Below, piece after piece: positions 57,920-64,000 of a DNA stretch of 64,000 nt; positions within the stretch are counted from its first letter, which is position 1, and the number at the start of each line of letters is the position of its first letter. A model generated the notes under the pieces. That model saw only the letters and a list, made by a program, of their open reading frames with translations. It did not search any database and was not told the origin of the DNA. The translations under genes and the position numbers were made by a program. The stretch is from an uncultured delta proteobacterium (GTDB taxonomy: Bacteria > Myxococcota_A > UBA9160 > SMWR01). The stretch covers positions 704,001 to 768,000 of the forward strand of contig CAWHTE010000007.1 in assembly GCA_963832165.1 (NCBI GenBank), in the 5' to 3' direction.

Positions 57920-60514
57920 GTGAGTCAGCGGCCATTTCCCGATCTTCCGCGCGTCGCTTCCGACGCGCCGGAGGACGAAGCGAGGCCCGCGCCTTCGCTG
58001 GAGACGATCCTCCAGGATTGGCCGGGTGCCCTCGCGCGCGCGACCGCCTATCTGGGCGCGATCGGGTTCGCGCTCTCGGACGTGCAGCGCATCGCCAAGC
58101 GCGCGCTCGAGCGCGCGCTCGGCCGTGAGCAGCACGCGGGCGCGGTAGCCGACGCGATCGACGAGACCGAGCGCCTGCTCCTGGAAACGCAGCCGCTCGT
58201 GAGCGGCACGCGCGGAGAGGGCAGGCTTGCCGCGTTCGCACGCTGGAGGTTCGCGGCCTGGCAGGCCGGCAGCGTACACGGCGACAAGCCGCTCGAGCTG
58301 CGGCAATTCGCGGCCACACCGCCGATCTCGCGCGGCCCGATGGTCCCGGCCTTGTACCGCGGTCGCAAGCTCGGCGAACGGCGCCACCGGCGCCGCCAGG
58401 CCGGCGAGCACGATCCCGAGCGACCGGGGCGCCGCGAGCGGCGCGGCGCGCGCGAGCCCTGGGACGCGCGCGGCCGAGGCCGGCGCGCGCTGCTCATGCT
58501 GCTCGTGCTCGCGCCGAGCGTGGCCGCGGGTGCGCTGTTCCTGGGCACGCTGCCCGCGACCGTCTGGTACCCGATCGAGCTCGCGATGGCGATCGCGTTC
58601 GGAGCGCTGTTCGGCTGGATCTCGGTTGGCTTCTGGACGGCGGTGTTCGGCTTCGGGGTGCTGCTGCGCGGCGGCGACCGCTTCTCCATCACGCGTACCG
58701 AGGCCGAGCCGCGCGCGCCGATCGATCCCTCGGTGCGCAGCGCGGTGGTGATGCCGGTCAAGGACGAGTCGGTGGAGCGCGTATTCGCGGGCCTGCGCGC
58801 AGTGCGCGCGTCGCTCGAGCGCGCGGGCGCGCTCGATGCGTTCGACCTGTTCATCCTGAGCGACAGCGCCGACCCCGACCTCTGGGTCGACGAAGAGGAA
58901 GCCTGGGCGCGCTGGAATCGCGAGAATGATTTCCGAGGGGGAATCTACTACCGCCACCGCCGCGTGCGCCGCAAGCGCAAGAGCGGAAACGTCGCTGACT
59001 TCTGTCGGCGCTGGGGCCGTCACTACCGCTACATGGTCGTGCTCGACGCCGACAGCGTGATGAGCGGCGAGTGCATCGTGCGCCTGGTCGGCTTGATGGA
59101 GCGCAACCCGCACGTCGGCATCATCCAGAGCACGCCCGCAGTCGTACGCGCGCGTTCGCTGTTCGCGCGCATCCAGCAGTTCGCGGCGCGGCTCTATGGG
59201 CCGATGTTCGCCGCGGGCATGCACTACTGGCAGCTCGGCGACAGCCCGTATTGGGGCCACAACGCGATCATTCGCGTCGAGCCGTTCATGCAGTACTGCG
59301 GGTTGCCGCGGTTGTCCGGAAAGCCGCCGTTCGGCGGCGACATCATGAGCCACGATTTCGTCGAGGCGGCTCTGCTAGGCCGCGCGCGATGGTCGATCTG
59401 GCTCGCGTTCGACCTGCCCGGAACCTGGGAGGAGACCCCCGGCTCGCTGCTCGAGGAGATGCAGCGCGACCGCCGTTGGTGTCAGGGGAATCTCCAGCAC
59501 CTGCGGCTGCTCTTCACCGAGGGGATCGTGCGCGTGCACCGCGGACTGTTCCTGAACGGGATCTTCTCGTACGTCTCCGCGGTGCTCTGGCTCGGGTTCC
59601 TGATCGTCTCCACGGTGGAAGCCGCGGCCTGGTCGTACTGGGGCCCGGACTACTTCCCGGTCGAGCGCAGCTTGTTCCCGACCTGGCCGGTGTGGCGACC
59701 CGAGCGCGTGGAGGCGCTGTTGGGTTCGGTGTTCTTCGTGCTCTTCCTGCCGAAGGTGCTCGGCTTCCTGCTCGCGCTGATCAAGCGCCGCACCAGGAGC
59801 TTCGGCGGTGTGTTCGCACTGATCGGCAGCGTGTTGTGCGAGGCGATCGCTTCGGCGCTGTTTGCGCCGATCCGCATGCTCTTCTACTGCCGCTTCGTGA
59901 TCAAGAACCTGGTCGGGCGCGCCGTCACCTGGCGCGCTGGGCAGGACGATCTCGACGAGACCGGCTGGTGGACGGCGCTGCGGCGCCACGGGCCCGACAC
60001 GCTGATCGCACTCGCGTGGGGCTGGGGCGTGCGCGAGCTGCACCCGGATGCGTTCTTCTGGCTCGTACCCGTGGCGGGTGCGCTCGTGCTCTCGATTCCG
60101 CTCTCGGTGCTCGCGAGCCGCACGCGTCTGGGCACGGCGGCGCGGCGCTGGGGACTGTTCGTGACGCCCGAGGAGGCCGAGCCCCCGACTGAGATCCGCG
60201 ATCTCGAGCGCGAGCTCTCGTCTGCGTTCGCTGCGAGCGCGTCGCGGACGCCCGGCTTTGCGCGTGCGGTGGCGGATCCGGGCACGAACGCGGCGCACAC
60301 GTGGCTCCTGCGCGGTCCGCGCAAGCTCAAGCCGGAGCTGCGCGAGCAGCGCGACGCGCTCGCACTGCGCGCGCGCGACGCGGGCCCCGACGCGCTCACG
60401 CCCGAGGAGAAGCGACTGTTGCTCTCCGACGCGCCGTGCATGCAGGGCCTGCACGAGGCGGTGTGGCGTCTGGGTGATCCCGCCGCGGCCGCGCGCTGGG
60501 GCGTGGGGCGCTAG
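57920..60514 (+). CDS. opgH: Glucans biosynthesis glucosyltransferase OpgH/MdoH
   Basis: FILSDS, RKSGNVADFCRRWG, LDADS, YWGHNAIIR, SHDFVEA and RDRRWCQGNLQH. Confidence 0.95.
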   Translation: MSQRPFPDLPRVASDAPEDEARPAPSLETILQDWPGALARATAYLGAIGFALSDVQRIAKRALERALGREQHAGAVADAIDETERLLLETQPLVSGTRGEGRLAAFARWRFAAWQAGSVHGDKPLELRQFAATPPISRGPMVPALYRGRKLGERRHRRRQAGEHDPERPGRRERRGAREPWDARGRGRRALLMLLVLAPSVAAGALFLGTLPATVWYPIELAMAIAFGALFGWISVGFWTAVFGFGVLLRGGDRFSITRTEAEPRAPIDPSVRSAVVMPVKDESVERVFAGLRAVRASLERAGALDAFDLFILSDSADPDLWVDEEEAWARWNRENDFRGGIYYRHRRVRRKRKSGNVADFCRRWGRHYRYMVVLDADSVMSGECIVRLVGLMERNPHVGIIQSTPAVVRARSLFARIQQFAARLYGPMFAAGMHYWQLGDSPYWGHNAIIRVEPFMQYCGLPRLSGKPPFGGDIMSHDFVEAALLGRARWSIWLAFDLPGTWEETPGSLLEEMQRDRRWCQGNLQHLRLLFTEGIVRVHRGLFLNGIFSYVSAVLWLGFLIVSTVEAAAWSYWGPDYFPVERSLFPTWPVWRPERVEALLGSVFFVLFLPKVLGFLLALIKRRTRSFGGVFALIGSVLCEAIASALFAPIRMLFYCRFVIKNLVGRAVTWRAGQDDLDETGWWTALRRHGPDTLIALAWGWGVRELHPDAFFWLVPVAGALVLSIPLSVLASRTRLGTAARRWGLFVTPEEAEPPTEIRDLERELSSAFAASASRTPGFARAVADPGTNAAHTWLLRGPRKLKPELREQRDALALRARDAGPDALTPEEKRLLLSDAPCMQGLHEAVWRLGDPAAAARWGVGR

Positions 60515-61398
60515 ATCTTCTCCACCTCGGTGCTCGCGGCGCGTTCGAGCGTCTCGAGCGTGGCGAAGAAGACCTGCTCGGCGCGTCCCTCTTCCACGGC
60601 CCGCCGGTAGGTATGCCCGGCGGCTTCCGAGAGCGGAAGCTCGGCAGCGAGGTTCCGCGCGCTCTCGAGCGCGAGCGCGACGTCTTTCTCGGCGATGCCG
60701 AGCTTGAACAGCGGCATCTCGAAGTTGCGGCCGAAGAACATCGGCGCCATCCCCGCGTAGAGCTTGGCCGAGCTCGCGTTCACGATCGGCAGGAGCTCGC
60801 GCGCACCCAGGCCCGCCTTGGCCGCGAGCACGAAGCCCTCCTGCACCACCAGCGCCCCTGCGAGGAAGATCAGGTTGTTGACGAGCTTTGCCATCGTTCC
60901 GCGACCGGACGGGCCGAGGTAGAAGACGTTCGACGCGAACGCGTCGAACAGCGGCCGCACCGCGTCGTAGGCGGAGCGCTCCCCGCTCGCCATCACCGCG
61001 AGCGTTCCGTGCGCGGCTCCGTGCGCGCCGCCCGACACCGGCGCGTCGATCAGCGCCGCGCCCGCAGCGGACTCGACAGCGCACAGCGACTGCACTGCAT
61101 CGTACGAGCTCGTGGAGAGATCGACGTGCACGAGGCCCGGGCGCTGCGCGGCGAGCAGGCCGTCGGTGCCCTCCACCACGGCGCGCACCTGCGCGGGCCC
61201 GGGTAGCGAGCTGAACACCACCGCGCACTGCTGCGCCACCTCGCGCGGCGACTCGGCGCGGCGCGCACCGAGCCCCTCGAGGTTCGCCGTCGCTTGGCGC
61301 GACACGTCCGACACCACGAGCTCGTGACCCGCGGCGAGCAGCCGCGCCGCAATCGGATTGCCGATCGTCCCGGTGCCGATGAAGCCGAGCTTCGCCAC
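60511..61398 (-). CDS. NAD(P)-dependent beta-hydroxyacid dehydrogenase (3-hydroxyisobutyrate dehydrogenase family)
   Basis: GFIGTGTIG, DAPVSGG, KLVNN and KD; GAGGAG RBS and GTG start. Confidence 0.92.
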   Translation of the reverse strand: MAKLGFIGTGTIGNPIAARLLAAGHELVVSDVSRQATANLEGLGARRAESPREVAQQCAVVFSSLPGPAQVRAVVEGTDGLLAAQRPGLVHVDLSTSSYDAVQSLCAVESAAGAALIDAPVSGGAHGAAHGTLAVMASGERSAYDAVRPLFDAFASNVFYLGPSGRGTMAKLVNNLIFLAGALVVQEGFVLAAKAGLGARELLPIVNASSAKLYAGMAPMFFGRNFEMPLFKLGIAEKDVALALESARNLAAELPLSEAAGHTYRRAVEEGRAEQVFFATLETLERAASTEVEKI

Positions 61399-61433
61399 GC
61401 TCTGCTCCTCCCGTGCGGCCGAGTGATCCGCCG

Positions 61434-62609
61434 TCAGTTGCCCACGATCGACACGAACGAGACGCAGCGCCCCGGCTGGCCGCCGAGATTGTGCGTGAGT
61501 CCGAGCTTGGGCTTCTCGATCTGGCGCGCGCCCGCCTCGCCGCGCAGCTGCAGCCACATCTCGTACATCATGCGCAGACCGGAGGCGCCGATCGGGTGCC
61601 CGAAGCTCTTGAGACCGCCGTCGGGATTCACGGGCTGAGTACCGTCGAGGTCGAAGCGGCCCGCGAGCACGTCCTGCCAGCCCTTGCCGCGCTCGGAGAA
61701 GCCCATGTCCTCCATGAGCACGAGCTCGGTGGCCGTGAAGCAGTCGTGCACCTCGGCCATCGAGATCTCTTCGCGCGGATTCGTGACGCCGGCCTGCGTG
61801 TACGCGTCCCGCGAGCTCTCCACCACCTCCTGGAACGTGGTGAAGTCGTAGCTCTGGTTGAAGTAGCCCTCGGCGGGCCCGGCCACGAACGAGAGCGCCT
61901 TGATGAAGATCGGATGGTCCGTGTACTTGTGCGCGTCCTCGGCGCGGCACAGGATCGCCGCGGCCGAGCCGTCGGAGACGCCTGAGCAGTCGAACACGCC
62001 GAACATGCCCGCGACGCGCGGGCTGTTCATGATCGCCTCCATCGGCACTTCCTTCTGGAACTGCGCCTTCGGGTTCTTCGCGCCGTTCACGTGATTCTTC
62101 CACGCGATCCGCGCGATCACCTCCTTGAGCTCGCCCTCGCTGACGCCGTACTTCTTGCAGTAGGCGGGCGCGAGCAGGGAGAACATCGCGGGCGCCGACA
62201 TGTTCTGGCCGGTGCCGTCGTCGGGCGGCCGGCTGCCCACGAGCCCCGAGTAGCCCGAATCCTTGAGCTTCTCGACGCCGATCGCCATCACGAGGTCGTA
62301 GGCGCCAGAGGCCACGGCGTAGGCGGCGTTGCGCATCGCCTCGCTGCCCGTGGCACACATGTTCTCGAGCCGGGTCACGGGCTTGTAGTCGAGCTTGAGC
62401 GCTTCGGAGAGCACGAGGCCCGACGTGCCGCTGCCCATCGTGCCGAGCCAGTAGGCGTCGAGCTGCGCCGGATCGACGCCGGCCGAGCGGTAGGCTTCGC
62501 CCGCCGCGTCGACGAGCAGGTCGTCGGTGCCCTGGTCCCAGTGCTCGCCGAACTTCGTGCAGCCCATGCCCACGATCGCGACGCGGTCCTTGATGCCTTT
62601 GCTAGCCAT
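61434..62609 (-). CDS. Thiolase (archaeal/SCP2-type acetyl-CoA acetyltransferase)
   Basis: ENMCATGS (active Cys), GVEK, SDGSAA, EVHDCF, GGLKSFGHPIGASG and HNLGG. Confidence 0.92.
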   Translation of the reverse strand: MASKGIKDRVAIVGMGCTKFGEHWDQGTDDLLVDAAGEAYRSAGVDPAQLDAYWLGTMGSGTSGLVLSEALKLDYKPVTRLENMCATGSEAMRNAAYAVASGAYDLVMAIGVEKLKDSGYSGLVGSRPPDDGTGQNMSAPAMFSLLAPAYCKKYGVSEGELKEVIARIAWKNHVNGAKNPKAQFQKEVPMEAIMNSPRVAGMFGVFDCSGVSDGSAAAILCRAEDAHKYTDHPIFIKALSFVAGPAEGYFNQSYDFTTFQEVVESSRDAYTQAGVTNPREEISMAEVHDCFTATELVLMEDMGFSERGKGWQDVLAGRFDLDGTQPVNPDGGLKSFGHPIGASGLRMMYEMWLQLRGEAGARQIEKPKLGLTHNLGGQPGRCVSFVSIVGN

Positions 62610-62660
62610 CTCGTTCTCCTTCGTTGCCTTTGGCTCACTGCGCGCGCGGCCAGCCCGATG

Positions 62661-62689
62661 GACTTCGCTCGCCTTCGGCTCGCTGCGCG
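62661..62689. repeat. Short REP-like element, copy 2
   Basis: GACTTCGCTCGCCTTCGGCTCGCTGCGCG in the intergenic gap; similar to 13368-13396. Confidence 0.45.
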
Positions 62690-62711
62690 AAACTTGCGGC
62701 GCGCTTGCCTC

Positions 62712-64000
62712 CTAGCGGCGCGGCCGCGCCTTCCAGAAGTAGTTGTGAACGCCCTGCCCGGTGTAGAGCCGTCGGAACGTCATCTCGAGCTCGTCGCCGA
62801 TAGCGACCTTCGCGGGCTCGACGTCGGTGAGCTCGCCCGCGAGCCGGCCGCCGCCCTCGAAGTCGAGCACCGCCGCCACGGTGGGCGGCTGCATCGAATA
62901 GGCGAGGTGGTCGAGCGTGTAGGTGGCGATCCGGCACAGCCGATTCGAAAACGCCTCCTCAGCCATCTGGTCGATCGCTCCGCACGCGCTGCACACGCGC
63001 TGCGGCGGGAGTTGACCCGCTCCGCACGCAGTGCAGCGCGCGCCGATGAAGCCGAGCTTCCAGTGCTCGCTGCGGTGCATCGGCGGTGCCGCGGGGCGCA
63101 CGGGCTCGGGGCGGCGCGGCGGCTCGAAGGGCAGAATCCCGCGCCACTTGAGATAGGTGTTGTAGGCGAGGTCGTTGCGCTTCGACGCGATCCACGTGTC
63201 GACGGAGTGCTTGGGCCGACCCTGTGCGATGCGGCTCGTGACCTCGAACACCGCGGCGTCGCAGCCGTCGGCGAGCGACGCGACCAGGATGCGATCGCCC
63301 GGCTGTGCGCGGTCGAGCGCGCGCGCGAGCAGGAGCCCCGCGTGCGCGGCACCCGCGCGCCCGACCGACGCCGCGAGCGGGTCGGCGAGCTGTTCGGGCT
63401 TGAGCTGGAGCGCGCGCGGCAGGCCCGCGGTGGCGCGCGGCAGCGTCGCGTCGAGGATCACGGTGGCGAGCTCTGAGGGGTTCGTGCCCGCGTCCTTGAG
63501 CGCGCGGATCACCACCTCGGCGAGCACGGGCGCGAGCACTTCGGCGCCGAAGCGCTCCTCCCATTGGCTCGCGAACGCGTCCTCGGGCAGCCGCCACACG
63601 TCGAGCACTTCGGTGGTGGCGGTTGCGCGTCCGCGCAGCACGGCGATCGCCTCGTCATCGGGTCCGCACACGAAGCTCGCGGCGGCGTCCCCGCTCGAGC
63701 TCTCGCGGGTACCGCCGGGCGCGCCGATCACGACATCGGAGGCGGTCACGAGCGTGCGCCGGCCCGCGGCCGCGAGGTCGAGGCCGAGCAGCAGCGCAGA
63801 GAGCCCCGCGCGCGAGGTCGCTCCGACCTCGATGGTCGACACCGTCTCGGGCAGGGACAGCGCGGAGTGCAGCGTGGCCGCGTTCGATTTCTCCGCGTAG
63901 GGCGGGCTCGTGGTGGCGAACACGAGCGCGTCGAGCGAGCTGTCGGCGTCGAGTGCGTCGCGGCTCGCCTCGACGGCCATCGACACCGAGTCCTCGTCGT
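62712..64000 (-). CDS. HMG-CoA-synthase-like domain fused to DUF35 (Zn-ribbon + OB-fold); 5' end lies outside the window
   Basis: DEDSVSMAVEA, FATTSPPYAEKSNA and GDAAA; C-terminal CTACG..PPQRVCSACG, TYTLDHL and TFRRL..NYFWKARP. Confidence 0.88.
   Translation of the reverse strand, partial: DEDSVSMAVEASRDALDADSSLDALVFATTSPPYAEKSNAATLHSALSLPETVSTIEVGATSRAGLSALLLGLDLAAAGRRTLVTASDVVIGAPGGTRESSSGDAAASFVCGPDDEAIAVLRGRATATTEVLDVWRLPEDAFASQWEERFGAEVLAPVLAEVVIRALKDAGTNPSELATVILDATLPRATAGLPRALQLKPEQLADPLAASVGRAGAAHAGLLLARALDRAQPGDRILVASLADGCDAAVFEVTSRIAQGRPKHSVDTWIASKRNDLAYNTYLKWRGILPFEPPRRPEPVRPAAPPMHRSEHWKLGFIGARCTACGAGQLPPQRVCSACGAIDQMAEEAFSNRLCRIATYTLDHLAYSMQPPTVAAVLDFEGGGRLAGELTDVEPAKVAIGDELEMTFRRLYTGQGVHNYFWKARPRR

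Overview
A gene-dense, very GC-rich bacterial chromosomal window with about 60 CDS. I saw no rRNA, tRNA, CRISPR array, transposase or phage gene. The PilA-type pilin and overall gene content suggest a Myxococcota/deltaproteobacterial-type organism (inference). From left to right: a complete Rrf2-sufBCDSU-sufT operon (minus strand); a translationally coupled operon of class-III aminotransferase + LuxE-like synthetase + LuxC-like reductase with no luciferase; folK, an MTH1187-family gene and a TMTC-like gene; an orphan APS reductase; a PDZ/GAF sensor kinase; an NTT-like/HEAT/cNMP membrane protein next to a type IV pilin; a long run of catabolic and redox genes (two LLM oxidoreductases, three crotonases, TauD, a Rieske oxygenase with reversed domain order, CoA-transferase, AurF-like diiron protein, Tat-exported AKR, TPP enzyme, esterases, CmcJ/NvfI-like oxygenase, two ALDHs); a TetR-RND efflux unit; recQ; an atuD/atuE-like pair; opgGH; and a thiolase with a pseudo-HMG-CoA-synthase-DUF35 fusion that runs off the right edge. 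Seven clear and two probable frameshifts are all single-base insertions, so they are most likely read or assembly errors rather than pseudogenes. The best candidate for an undescribed system is the aminotransferase-LuxE-LuxC operon, which looks like a natural carboxylate -> aldehyde -> amine cascade. The next best is the domain-reversed Rieske oxygenase. Several operators can be read directly from the sequence: tandem GGACC-N5-GGTCC before suf and three TetR sites. All protein assignments come from motif recognition by eye; no database searches were run.
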